Shown piece after piece: positions 18,992-30,394 of a stretch of DNA of 64,000 nucleotides (position 1 is its first letter; every line of letters begins with the position of its first letter). The translations under genes were made by a program, and so were the position numbers. The stretch is taken from positions 13,824-77,823 of the forward strand of contig JBDRMK010000017.1 of the NCBI GenBank assembly GCA_043812155.1. The letters run 5' to 3'. The stretch is from Patescibacteria group bacterium. Its GTDB lineage: Bacteria > Patescibacteriota > Patescibacteriia > JAXHNJ01. The notes under the pieces were generated by a model. The model worked only from the letters and a program-made list of their open reading frames with translations, was not told the origin of the DNA and made no database searches.

Positions 18992-19372
18992 TTATTTTTT
19001 TAATTGCTCTCTTACCTGCTCCACGATCTCGGCCGGACTATGGTCGGCTTTAACAAAATATCCCTCAGCCCCTAAAGATTTTCCTTTTTTTATGTCGTCA
19101 TCCTGACCCAAATTAGTCAGCAAAAGAACCGGCGTCTTTTTAAGAACAGGGTCAGACTTTACTTCTTTTAACACTAAAAAACCGTCCAGTTTCGGTAATA
19201 TTATATCCAAAAGGATGATCGCGGGTTTTTCGGCCTTTATTTTTTCTAAACCTTCTTTGCCGTCAAAGGCCTGAAAAACCTCAAACCCTTCCATCTCAAA
19301 TTTGGTTTTATACATCTCTGAAAGCATTTTTTCGTCTTCAATTACGAGAACTTTGGTTTTTTGCGTGGTCAT
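18992..19372 (-). CDS. Single-domain response regulator receiver
   Basis: VLVIEDE, LLDIILPKLDG and LLTNL motifs. Confidence 0.9.
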   Translation of the reverse strand: MTTQKTKVLVIEDEKMLSEMYKTKFEMEGFEVFQAFDGKEGLEKIKAEKPAIILLDIILPKLDGFLVLKEVKSDPVLKKTPVLLLTNLGQDDDIKKGKSLGAEGYFVKADHSPAEIVEQVREQLKK

Positions 19373-19426
19373 AATTTATTCTATTATTTTTATTAAATAA
19401 ACAATATTAGTAATATTATATCATTT

Positions 19427-20869
19427 TTAAAGGCTGGGTGCAAGAATTCCTTTTTCAATAAAATTTGAGACGCTCAAAAGTCTACTTTCCGAGAAATGAT
19501 CGCCGATCAGCTGCAAAGAATACGGCAGTTTTCCGCCGTTATAAAAAGGCAAGGCAATGGCCGGCAGACCGGCTAAGCTTGGGGCAGTCAGAAAAATATC
19601 GGATAAATACATCTCTAAAGGACTTTGTTTTTCCCCTATTTTAAAAGGGAGGGTGGGAGTAGTCGGCGTCAAAATTAAATCCACTTTTTCAAAAGCATTT
19701 TTGAAATCCTGGGCGATCAAACGGCGGGCCTTCATCGCTATAAGATAATAGTCATCGTAATAACCGGAGGAAAGGGAAAAAGTCCCAAGCATGATTCTTC
19801 TTTTTGGCTCCGCTCCCAATCCTTCTTCCCTGGAATTAAGGTAAGTTTCCAATAAATCATAGCTTTTATTTTCCGCCAAACCGAATTTGATGCCGTCGTA
19901 ACGGGCCAAATTAGAAGAAGCCTCGCTCGGAGTGATAATATAATAAGCAGCGACCGCGTATTCCGTATGTGGCAAAGAAATTTCCACTATTTCAAAACCC
20001 TGGCTGGCTATTTTTTTTACCACTTTTTCTATCGCCTGCTTGATATTATCAGCCAAACCAGCGGAAAAATATTCTTTCGGCAGGCCGATTTTTAATTTCT
20101 TTTCAGTTTTTATAAGGTCAGCCGGATAATCATCAACTTTTATATTTTTCGTGGTGGCGTCACGCTTGTCTACTCCGGCCATCGCTTCTAAAACATAAGC
20201 CGCATCTTCCACCGTCCTGGTTAAAGTTCCAATAACATCAGTGGAAGAGGTTAAAGCGATCAAGCCGTAGCGCGAGACGCGGCCGTAGGTGGGCTTTAGG
20301 CCCACCAAGCCGCAGAAAGCGGCTGGCTGGCGGACTGAGCCGCCAGTATCCGAGCCAAGCGCATATAAACACATGCCGCCAGCCACGGCCGCGGCACTGC
20401 CGGCCGATGAACCGCCGGGCACCCGGGTTAAATCCCGCGGGTTTTTGGTGGGAAAAAAAGCGGAATTTTCTCCGGAAGAGCCCATGGCGAACTCGTCTAA
20501 ATTTGTTTTCCCTAGAAAAACCGCGTCTTTCTCCTTTAATTTCTTTATGACCGAGGCGTCGTATGGAGCCAAGAAATTTTCCAATATTTTTGAGCCAGCC
20601 GTGGTCTTTAAGCCTTCCATTAAAATATTGTCTTTAATCGCGCAAGGAAGCCCGGATAATATATCGATTTTCCCGCCATTTTTTATTTTCTTATCCACCT
20701 CTTTTGCCTTATTTATGGCCGACTCCTGATTAACGTTGATAAAAGCATGTATTTCTTTGTCCGACTTTTCAATATTATTTAAAAAACCGCAGGTTAGCTC
20801 CTCGCTGGAAAATTCACGGTCTTTCAAACCCTGGTGGGCGCTTTTTAGAGTAAGTTTGGCAAGATCCAT
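19427..20869 (-). CDS. gatA: Asp/Glu-tRNA amidotransferase subunit A
   Basis: GKTNLDEFAMGSS, PGGSSAGS and GSDTGGSVRQPA amidase signature. Confidence 0.97.
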   Translation of the reverse strand: MDLAKLTLKSAHQGLKDREFSSEELTCGFLNNIEKSDKEIHAFINVNQESAINKAKEVDKKIKNGGKIDILSGLPCAIKDNILMEGLKTTAGSKILENFLAPYDASVIKKLKEKDAVFLGKTNLDEFAMGSSGENSAFFPTKNPRDLTRVPGGSSAGSAAAVAGGMCLYALGSDTGGSVRQPAAFCGLVGLKPTYGRVSRYGLIALTSSTDVIGTLTRTVEDAAYVLEAMAGVDKRDATTKNIKVDDYPADLIKTEKKLKIGLPKEYFSAGLADNIKQAIEKVVKKIASQGFEIVEISLPHTEYAVAAYYIITPSEASSNLARYDGIKFGLAENKSYDLLETYLNSREEGLGAEPKRRIMLGTFSLSSGYYDDYYLIAMKARRLIAQDFKNAFEKVDLILTPTTPTLPFKIGEKQSPLEMYLSDIFLTAPSLAGLPAIALPFYNGGKLPYSLQLIGDHFSESRLLSVSNFIEKGILAPSL

Positions 20870-20873
20870 GGTA

Positions 20874-21158
20874 TTATTTAAAAACTCCTTTCACCTCAAT
20901 AAAATTATTGGTTGTTTTCGGCGCATTTTTAAGGATTTTTTCTTTCCCGGCAAAAACCGAGACCTGGTCATCGCGGGTCTTATTTTCCTGACCAAACGTT
21001 TTTGGCGATAAAAACTTTTTTTCTTTCAGCTCTTTTAGTTTATCGATATAATCAATAATGACCGTCAGCTCCCGGGAGAATTTTTCCGTTTCTTTCGGGG
21101 ACAACTTGATCCGCGACAGTTTGGCGATATGTTCCACTTCTTTTTTTGAAATTTTCAT
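20874..21158 (-). CDS. gatC: Asp/Glu-tRNA amidotransferase subunit C
   Basis: ISKKEVEHIAKLSRI motif; upstream of gatA. Confidence 0.92.
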   Translation of the reverse strand: MKISKKEVEHIAKLSRIKLSPKETEKFSRELTVIIDYIDKLKELKEKKFLSPKTFGQENKTRDDQVSVFAGKEKILKNAPKTTNNFIEVKGVFK

Positions 21159-21161
21159 ATT

Positions 21162-23183
<2,022 letters not shown>

Positions 23184-24041
23184 TTATTTCTTTTCAATGA
23201 TTTCCTCAGAAAACAAAACAAAGTCAAATATGCCCTGGGAAGGTAAGATCCACGGGATGCTGGCGGATAAGGCAATCTTAGAATTCTCGTAAGTTCCTGT
23301 GGATTTCAAGGAAATCCGATTGGAAATATCCTTCTCGGCTCCCGCAGAAGCGCTATCATTGCTGAAGGCTGACACTTTTAAATAATCAATGTCGCAATAT
23401 AAGGGGGTGATTATCAAACGGTAATAATTACCCGCCAGAAAAGTGGTATTATTCCTTTCCGTGCAGGCGTAATTGCTTAAAGCGCAAGGATAAATATTTT
23501 CATAAGGATTAGTGGTGGCGTCAAAACCGCCCGTATTAGCCAAAGAAACGTAGCTTAATTTCAGCCAGCCAGACCCGGCGACCACGCCTTGCCCTAGGCA
23601 ATTATCCCGCCAATTTATTTTAATGGATTCCACGCCGCCGCCGCCAGACAAAGCATTCGGATCAAAAAGATCAATGGTTATTTTTTCATTCATTTTCAGA
23701 TGGCTTAAGGCGTATTTTTCCGAAGGACTGGCGGTCGTTTGCCAATTCCCTAAATTAGTCCCCTCAAAAGACAATAAAGAACTCCCATCCATATCCGTAA
23801 CCGTACTGCTTAAAGTTTCAGCCAGTGCATCTCTATTAGTTTTAATTACCGCCAATTTTGCTTCCAGACCGGTTTCCGCCGCGTAAAACGCGAGAATAGA
23901 ATGGTCAACATTAGTGGAATATTCGTGCTGATTGATGATCAATACGGAAACGCCAATCGCCACCGCCACCACCGTGGACATGATAAGCAGGGAAAGAAAA
24001 AGAGTGACCCCTTTTTGATTTTTTATTATCTTTCGCATCAT
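23184..24041 (-). CDS. PilX-like minor pilin
   Basis: KG|VTLFLSLL prepilin-like leader, AFYAAETGLE; start at MMRKIIK. Confidence 0.7.
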   Translation of the reverse strand: MMRKIIKNQKGVTLFLSLLIMSTVVAVAIGVSVLIINQHEYSTNVDHSILAFYAAETGLEAKLAVIKTNRDALAETLSSTVTDMDGSSLLSFEGTNLGNWQTTASPSEKYALSHLKMNEKITIDLFDPNALSGGGGVESIKINWRDNCLGQGVVAGSGWLKLSYVSLANTGGFDATTNPYENIYPCALSNYACTERNNTTFLAGNYYRLIITPLYCDIDYLKVSAFSNDSASAGAEKDISNRISLKSTGTYENSKIALSASIPWILPSQGIFDFVLFSEEIIEKK

Positions 24042-24045
24042 AAAT

Positions 24046-24729
24046 TTATCTTGAATATTGTCGGGAAGAAACCGTAATTTGCAATTTTGAGGTAAAAGCA
24101 TAGGGCTTGGTTTTTATTATCGTGCTGGTCCCCAAAACAATGGTCACTAAAGGCTGTTCTTGGGCAAGATAAACGCCTGTTGCTTCATTTAATTCAAAGG
24201 GATTTTCCGTCGGTGTAATCCAAATAAGAAATTTATCCACAGTGACGTTATCCGGAGTAACGGTCTCCCAATTGGCATAACCATTAACATCGGGTAAACA
24301 ACGGTCCGCTTTTTGATTTACGTCATTAACGATAAAAACGCAGGATTTAATGACATATCGGGTGGCCGTAACCGACACTCTCTCAAAAAAATACTGGTTA
24401 TTATCCTGGTCCCGGATAACTAGAATTTTATTTGAATTTTGATCGTATAATTCATTAAAATAGATTTTGTCAAGAGTGCTCCCATCACCGTTTGGGTCAT
24501 TGTAAAAATCATAATCAATCACGCCGGTACGCACCAGCCGCGCCATATCTTCCAGGTTATTCCTGGCGTCCACCTGGATCGTTTGGACATAATTTGTCCT
24601 TTTTTGGACTTTGACAATGGTAAAAAAAAGATCCACGCCAATAACCACGGTGATGGCGAAAATGGCGGTAGAAATCAAGAGTTCCAGCAAGGTGAAACCT
24701 TTTTTATTTGTTGATAAATTATTATTCAT
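24046..24729 (-). CDS. PilW-like minor pilin
   Basis: KG|FTLLELLI N-methylation motif. Confidence 0.8.
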   Translation of the reverse strand: MNNNLSTNKKGFTLLELLISTAIFAITVVIGVDLFFTIVKVQKRTNYVQTIQVDARNNLEDMARLVRTGVIDYDFYNDPNGDGSTLDKIYFNELYDQNSNKILVIRDQDNNQYFFERVSVTATRYVIKSCVFIVNDVNQKADRCLPDVNGYANWETVTPDNVTVDKFLIWITPTENPFELNEATGVYLAQEQPLVTIVLGTSTIIKTKPYAFTSKLQITVSSRQYSR

Positions 24730-25312
24730 AGCGCCAGTTGGTCAAATCTTCTTCTAAAGTAATGATTTTGGCTTGGTTGTTTTCCAGCCATTTTACCTTC
24801 ACAATCACTTTTAAAATATTCGGGGTTGACGTATCAATTTTTAAAGCCCGGGAAAAACCGCTCAGTGTGCCTGAAGTTAAACTATAGGTGAAATAAGTTG
24901 AGTCAATTCTTAACTCGCAGGTGGCGCAGTTATTTATATACACACCGGCCGCCAAGGGAGTCTTAACCCAAGTCCAGACAGAACTGACTAATCGGTAATC
25001 AAGAGTGCACCAAACAGATGAGCAGCCGTCCAGTCCAGTATCCCAATCATAATATTCTACGGGCGGACCGGGATTTAACACCGTTCTTTGGCTTTTTTTC
25101 AGCCAATTGCTGTCTCTTATATTTCTCGCGTATTCAATCCCCTCCCGGGCCAGATTATAAGCGACCAGCCTATTCTGGCTTGAACGGCCTATTCTGGTCG
25201 TATATATGCTAATACCGATGGAGCTTATGACCACCGACATAACCAGGCCGATCGCCAAGATGCTTTCCATTAAAGACTGTCCGCGATATTTTTTTTCTGA
25301 AATTTTATTCAT
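24722..25312 (-). CDS. PilV-like minor pilin
   Basis: RG|QSLMESIL and AYNLAREGIEYARNIRD motifs. Confidence 0.75.
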   Translation of the reverse strand: MNKISEKKYRGQSLMESILAIGLVMSVVISSIGISIYTTRIGRSSQNRLVAYNLAREGIEYARNIRDSNWLKKSQRTVLNPGPPVEYYDWDTGLDGCSSVWCTLDYRLVSSVWTWVKTPLAAGVYINNCATCELRIDSTYFTYSLTSGTLSGFSRALKIDTSTPNILKVIVKVKWLENNQAKIITLEEDLTNWRYE

Positions 25313-25324
25313 TTGATTGATATA

Positions 25325-26008
25325 TTATTGGCAAACCGTCCAACTGACGGCTTGCTCGTTTATCTGGCCGGTATTCTTCTTCACGTTTACTTTGCGGCAG
25401 ATATTTTTATCCTTTAATTTCAAAAAAATATCCACGCTTTTGGCGGACGCGACGCCGGGATAACGCATGGCGGCGGCATCGCCTGTCCCTGTGTATGGCA
25501 TACGCATGGGCGATTTAAAAGAAACATCAAAAATTGAACCCGCAATCGCCTGATTTGTATTAACCAGTATTTTATGAACTATCACTCCTTCATGCAAAAA
25601 GATACCGCTACCCAACGGGTTTTCACCGCAGATGGGATTACTTAATAGATTGTCATAACGCTGGTTACCTTGAGTGTCATCACATAAATTGGTAGTGCTA
25701 TTCACCGAATAGGTATCGGCAAAAATAAAATATTCGGTATTTGCCGGATTAACCAAGTCCAGATTAAAATGCACTCCGTATCCGCCGACCGGAACAATGC
25801 CTGATACCGCGTAACCGGTTAAGGCGTAATTTTGGGCTTTTTGCAGGGTGCTGACTAATTCCAAGGCGCTCTGCCGCAGTCTTTCCAGTTTTCGGGTGTC
25901 CATAAAACCGGAAAGAACAATGCCCATGAGAATCGCGAAGATGCCAAAGGATATCAAAATCTCAATCAGAGTGAAGCCATTTTTTAAATAACGGTTATGT
26001 TTTCCCAT
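25325..26008 (-). CDS. FimT/GspH-like minor pilin
   Basis: NG|FTLIEILI and LQKAQNYAL motifs. Confidence 0.78.
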   Translation of the reverse strand: MGKHNRYLKNGFTLIEILISFGIFAILMGIVLSGFMDTRKLERLRQSALELVSTLQKAQNYALTGYAVSGIVPVGGYGVHFNLDLVNPANTEYFIFADTYSVNSTTNLCDDTQGNQRYDNLLSNPICGENPLGSGIFLHEGVIVHKILVNTNQAIAGSIFDVSFKSPMRMPYTGTGDAAAMRYPGVASAKSVDIFLKLKDKNICRKVNVKKNTGQINEQAVSWTVCQ

Positions 26009-26788
26009 TTATAAATTAAAAAGCGGATCTAAGAAACTGCCCTCCAGATACCAATCTATGATCGCCTGCCCGAAAATCAGGCAGACAAAAGCGGCCACTA
26101 CCAGAAAAGGGCCGAAAGGCAAGCGGCTTTTCATTGTTTTCCGGCGGAAGATAATCAGAAACAGGGAAACCAGGGAACCGGAAATATAAGCCAGGAAAAG
26201 AGCCGCCAATAATTTTTGCCAGCCTAAAGCGGCGCCCATCAGGCCGCCGAGCCGGATATCGCCGCCGCCGACCCATTTGCCGCGCGACAAAGTAAACTGC
26301 AGGAAAAAAAACCCGGCTCCGATGACCAGGCCGATGAGAATTTCCAAAACCGGCATTTTTAAGATCAGGCTGAAAATAAAAGCCAAAAACAAGGCCGGCA
26401 GAGAAACTTTATCAAGGATCAGGTGATATTTAAGATCGTAGACAAAAATCAAGGCCAGAAAAGCGGTTATAATTAAGTAAAAGACAAATTGAAGCGACCA
26501 GCCATAGGTAAAATAGATAATAACAAATGAAACCGCGACGAAAAATTCCACCAGCGGGTATTGCCAGGAAATTTTTTTATCGCAGTAGCGGCAGCGGCCG
26601 CCGAGCAAAATAAAACTCAAAATAGGCACTAAATCCATAGCTGACAGGGAATGCCCGCACTGGGGGCAAAAAGAACGGCCACGGATAAATGATTTTCCCT
26701 GATGCAAGCGGTAGATCACCGCGTTTAAAAAACTGCCGACAATGAGGCCGAAAATTATAACTAATAAATAATATCCCAGATTATTCAT
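26009..26788 (-). CDS. pilD: Prepilin peptidase (A24)
   Basis: GSFLN, RSFCPQC, GRCRYC, GGGDIRL and PFGPFL motifs. Confidence 0.95.
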   Translation of the reverse strand: MNNLGYYLLVIIFGLIVGSFLNAVIYRLHQGKSFIRGRSFCPQCGHSLSAMDLVPILSFILLGGRCRYCDKKISWQYPLVEFFVAVSFVIIYFTYGWSLQFVFYLIITAFLALIFVYDLKYHLILDKVSLPALFLAFIFSLILKMPVLEILIGLVIGAGFFFLQFTLSRGKWVGGGDIRLGGLMGAALGWQKLLAALFLAYISGSLVSLFLIIFRRKTMKSRLPFGPFLVVAAFVCLIFGQAIIDWYLEGSFLDPLFNL

Positions 26789-26890
26789 AGCGTTATTATA
26801 CCATATTTTGCCGATATAAAAAAGCGGCCTGGCAGACTAAGTATTTTAGCGCTACTGCCTTTTCAAACCGGCTTTCTTGTTTTTAAATGT

Positions 26891-26947
26891 GGACGCCACT
26901 AAAGTGGCTATGAAGATAAACTTCCCAGCGAATTCATTCGCGTACGC
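26891..26947. repeat. 57-bp REP doublet, left copy
   Basis: GGACGCCACTAAAGTGGCTA...CAGCGAATTCATTCGCGTACGC; two palindromes in opposite orientation. Confidence 0.85.
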
Positions 26948-27473
26948 TTTTGCCAAAATTATTTTTAATAAATTCCTCGTCGGTTATTTGAATTACCGAT
27001 TGAATATAATTATCAATATTTCCCTTACCTATTATTTTTATCAACGAGGAATAACTTGAAAATGGGTATTTTTCTAACTTCTTAAGCGTTTTCACCTCCT
27101 TATGCTTTAAGGGATTTCCCGCGACGTAACCGATAACTTTGCTCAACAAAATATCACTCTCAATTAAATACACGTGGTATTCACCCCAAACTGGTTTTTT
27201 GTTGCCTGTTATTTTATTCAAGCGGTAAGCGCTAACACCATAAATATGTTTTAAAATTTTGGGGATAATCCCGGCATTATTATAAAATGAAACAAAATGA
27301 TAATGATTTGACATTATGCTAAAATTAAAATCTTTTAGTTTATTAATTCCAATCGCGGATTTTATCTGATTAAGTATCAAGTTTTTCTTCAAAAATGTGT
27401 CAAAAAAATGATAGCGATAGGCGGTTGGAACGGTTATAAAATAATATGAATGGTTGACAAAATATCTGGACAT
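26934..27473 (-). mobile_element. REP-associated tyrosine transposase (RAYT / Y1 HUH family)
   Basis: YFITVPT, IMSNHYH (HUH), YVAGNP and YPFSSY motifs; AT-rich; flanked by REP doublets. Confidence 0.82.
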
Positions 27474-27518
27474 AAATAATCTATTAATACTGATCTAATC
27501 GAATAAATTTTTAATGGC

Positions 27519-27636
27519 GGACGCCACTGAAGTGGCTATGAAGGTAAACTTCTCAGCGAATTCATTCGCGTACGCGTTTTGATTTTCGGACGCCACTGAA
27601 GTGGCTGTGAAAAAATAGGCAGGAAAGTGGCTATGA
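27519..27636. repeat. REP array, right side
   Basis: 27519-27575 matches 26891-26947 with 3 mismatches; further copies at 27588-27610 and a partial one at about 27624. Confidence 0.85.
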
Positions 27637-27686
27637 AAAAATCGGCTGTTTGTTAATAACACCCTTGGCTAAATTTAAAAAAAGTC

Positions 27687-28100
27687 TTATTTAATTCCTT
27701 CCGCGGATAACGTATGTTTGCCCTTAGCCAGGCGGTCATAGCCTTTTTCCAAAGTAAAAGTCACTTCAAAATCTTTCTCACCCGGCACTTTGGTCACCTG
27801 GTATTGGTATTTGCCCGGATCCTTGATTTGAGCGATATTTGCAAGGTAAGCGGAAAGATCGCACGCGGAAACCAAACTGCCAACCTGACGGCAGCCTTCG
27901 CCAGCCTGCGCGTAGGAATTTGTTTCGTTAAAAAGAACTTCAAATCCGAAACGGACTTGAGCCATATCCGCCATTCTTTTGGCGTCCCGCGTCCTGGCCC
28001 TTTCCTGATTTAGCAAAAGCACGCCAAAAATAATAACGATCAACAGCAAACCGGTAAATATGATCAGTTCTTTTAACGAAAAGCCTTTTTGGTCTTTCAT
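27687..28100 (-). CDS. Type IV pilin-like protein
   Basis: KG|FSLKELII, RARTRDAKRMAD and DP motifs. Confidence 0.75.
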   Translation of the reverse strand: MKDQKGFSLKELIIFTGLLLIVIIFGVLLLNQERARTRDAKRMADMAQVRFGFEVLFNETNSYAQAGEGCRQVGSLVSACDLSAYLANIAQIKDPGKYQYQVTKVPGEKDFEVTFTLEKGYDRLAKGKHTLSAEGIK

Positions 28101-28298
28101 ATTTATATTGTATCATAATATATAATTTCCAGCCAATACACCAGTCGCGCGGCCAGCCAGGATCAAAAATACTATACTATTGAAAAAATAAATACTAAAA
28201 GGTAAAAACAAATACATAAACTCAAAAAAATGTTAGAAAAAATAATAAGGGCAAAACTTTTTAAGTACAGCCCTTATTATTAATACTATATAACTTGC

Positions 28299-28799
28299 TT
28301 AGAATCCGCAATTTGATATTGGCGTTCCAGAAGCTGGCTCCGTTGATATTTCACCACTACCTCCTTCAGAATTCAGATAGTAGAAATTCTCCGCGCCACC
28401 TTCCAATTGCGCATAAAGACAATATCCGACTCCAGCCCCAGGCAAAATGTAATTATATTGACATGCGCCTGCTGGACAAGTATTATTAGTAGGATCTTCT
28501 AAAACATTGCCAAGATATTCGTCATATATAGGATTGGTTCCTTCAGCGAGAACAAATATTGAACCTGCTGTATGGGCAACAGAATCGCCGGCGGTCGGTG
28601 GATAAGCATTTGGGGTCTGATCATCATAAAATAAAGTCAAAGCCGTCCGAATCTGGGACAAGTCGGATTTTCTCTGGGCGTCTCTGGCCTTTTCCCGGGC
28701 GCCGTTTAAGGCGACCAAGCCGATAGCCGACAAAATACCGATGATGGCGATAACCACCAACAACTCAATTAAAGTAAAGCCTTTTTTTGTTTTTCTCAT
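28299..28799 (-). CDS. Major type IV pilin (PilA/GspG-like)
   Basis: KG|[31 protein letters not shown]; strong AAGGAGGTG SD; own TTGACA-N17-TAATAT promoter (about 28910-28938). Confidence 0.9.
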   Translation of the reverse strand: MRKTKKGFTLIELLVVIAIIGILSAIGLVALNGAREKARDAQRKSDLSQIRTALTLFYDDQTPNAYPPTAGDSVAHTAGSIFVLAEGTNPIYDEYLGNVLEDPTNNTCPAGACQYNYILPGAGVGYCLYAQLEGGAENFYYLNSEGGSGEISTEPASGTPISNCGF

Positions 28800-28960
28800 T
28801 ATTTTCACCTCCTTCCAATTAATTGGAAGCCATTTTTTGTTTTGTTATCAGCAATCGACTGTCTGACAACCGGCAAAAATTGGCTTATCTTCAATGTTTA
28901 ATCTACTTAATATTAACACATAAAAGCGTTTTTGTCAAAAAATGCCTTGTCTTTCCCTTT

Positions 28961-30169
28961 TTATATGGCCTGGGAAAGATTATACATCGGCATTAAAACG
29001 GACATGACAATGACCGCTACCGCCACGCCCATGATCACCAGGATCAAAGGCTGGATCAGGCTGACCAGGTTTTCCACCATATTTTCAAGCTCCCGGGCGT
29101 AAAAACCGGAGATCTTGTCCAAGATCAGGTCAAGTTTTCCGGTCTGCTCGCCAATGGCCATCATATGGGGCAGCATGATCGGAATCTCCTTGCTGCGGAT
29201 GAAAACCGAGGCAATGGATTTGCCGGCCTCCACTTCTTTTATTGTCTCCGAGATCAAGTCCTTATAAACGCGGTTGCCGATGATATCGGCCGTAATTTCC
29301 AAAGAACGGGTGAGGGGGACGCCGGAGACCAGAAGCGTGGCCAGGCTGCGGGCGAAACGGACCATGTAAATATTCTGGTAAATGCCGCCGAAGATCGGCA
29401 AGCGCATTTTTAGGCTGTCTATTTTTTTCCGGCCGGCAGGCTGGCGGTTGATGAAATTAAAAACAAACACCGCGATTATTATGACCAAAACCAGCAGCCA
29501 CCATTTGCTCTGCAAAAAGGCGCTTGTTCCCATGACCAGCTTGGTTGACCAAGGGAGCTCCGCTCCGCCTTGCGTTAATACTTCCGTCAGCTTAGGCATG
29601 ACAAAAATCATCATCAGAACTCCCACCGCGGACATGGCGACAATGATAAAAATGGGGTAAATCATCGCGCCCTTCATTTTGCTCACCAGGTCATAATCCT
29701 TTTCCTGCTGATCCGCCAAATAATTCAAAGTCTCGTCCAGTTTGCCGGTGGTTTCGCCAGACTTGACCATGTGAGTAAAAAAATCGGAGAAAACCTGCGG
29801 ATAACGGCCCAGGGTCTGCGACAACCGGGCGCCGCCGTCCACTTCATCCGCCACTTCAGAAAGGATGATCTTAAAATTAATATTCTTTGACTGCTTGACG
29901 AGAATGCGCAATGCCTGGACAATCGGCACGGTGGCGGAGATCAAAACGGCGAGCTGGCGGGAAAACATGACCACTTCTTTCCGCGGCACTCTTTTTAAGA
30001 AGCCGAAAGTCGACTGGAACAAAGTGATTTTTTTTCTTTCAGACAAAGCCAAAAGAACCAGATCGCGTTCTTGGAGCATTTCCTGGGCGACGTTCTCGGT
30101 CGGCGCCTCCACCGCTCCGACCAGGGTATTGCCTTCCCGGTCTTTAGCTTTGTAGTCGAATAAAACCAC
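28961..30169 (-). CDS. pilC: Type IV pilus platform protein PilC/GspF
   Basis: FSRQLA, GETTGKLD, AMIYP and IGEQTGKLD motifs; GTG start inferred. Confidence 0.93.
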   Translation of the reverse strand: MVLFDYKAKDREGNTLVGAVEAPTENVAQEMLQERDLVLLALSERKKITLFQSTFGFLKRVPRKEVVMFSRQLAVLISATVPIVQALRILVKQSKNINFKIILSEVADEVDGGARLSQTLGRYPQVFSDFFTHMVKSGETTGKLDETLNYLADQQEKDYDLVSKMKGAMIYPIFIIVAMSAVGVLMMIFVMPKLTEVLTQGGAELPWSTKLVMGTSAFLQSKWWLLVLVIIIAVFVFNFINRQPAGRKKIDSLKMRLPIFGGIYQNIYMVRFARSLATLLVSGVPLTRSLEITADIIGNRVYKDLISETIKEVEAGKSIASVFIRSKEIPIMLPHMMAIGEQTGKLDLILDKISGFYARELENMVENLVSLIQPLILVIMGVAVAVIVMSVLMPMYNLSQAI

Positions 30170-30270
30170 GCGTTTGTTTATTAATTTATTATATGATGTA
30201 ATTTTTTCGAGATGAGGAGAAAAAAACACGAAGACATCAGACATTTAGACATGAAGACAGGAAGACAATT

Positions 30271-30330
30271 TTCCCAGCGAATTTATTCGCGTACGCTTTG
30301 AAGGGCGGACACCATTGAAATGACTATGAA
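30271..30330. repeat. Degenerate RAYT-type REP doublet
   Basis: CCCAGCGAATTTATTCGCGTACGC and GGACACCATTGAAATGACTATGAA. Confidence 0.75.
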
Positions 30331-30394
30331 TGCAAAGTGATTCAACGAGCGGCGCGATTTAACAACTTTAACAGTTTCAACATTTTCAACAGCA

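Noticed and set aside
26891-27636. REP repeats as a CRISPR array
   Set aside because: There is no regular repeat-spacer period and no cas gene; the repeats flank a HUH transposase.
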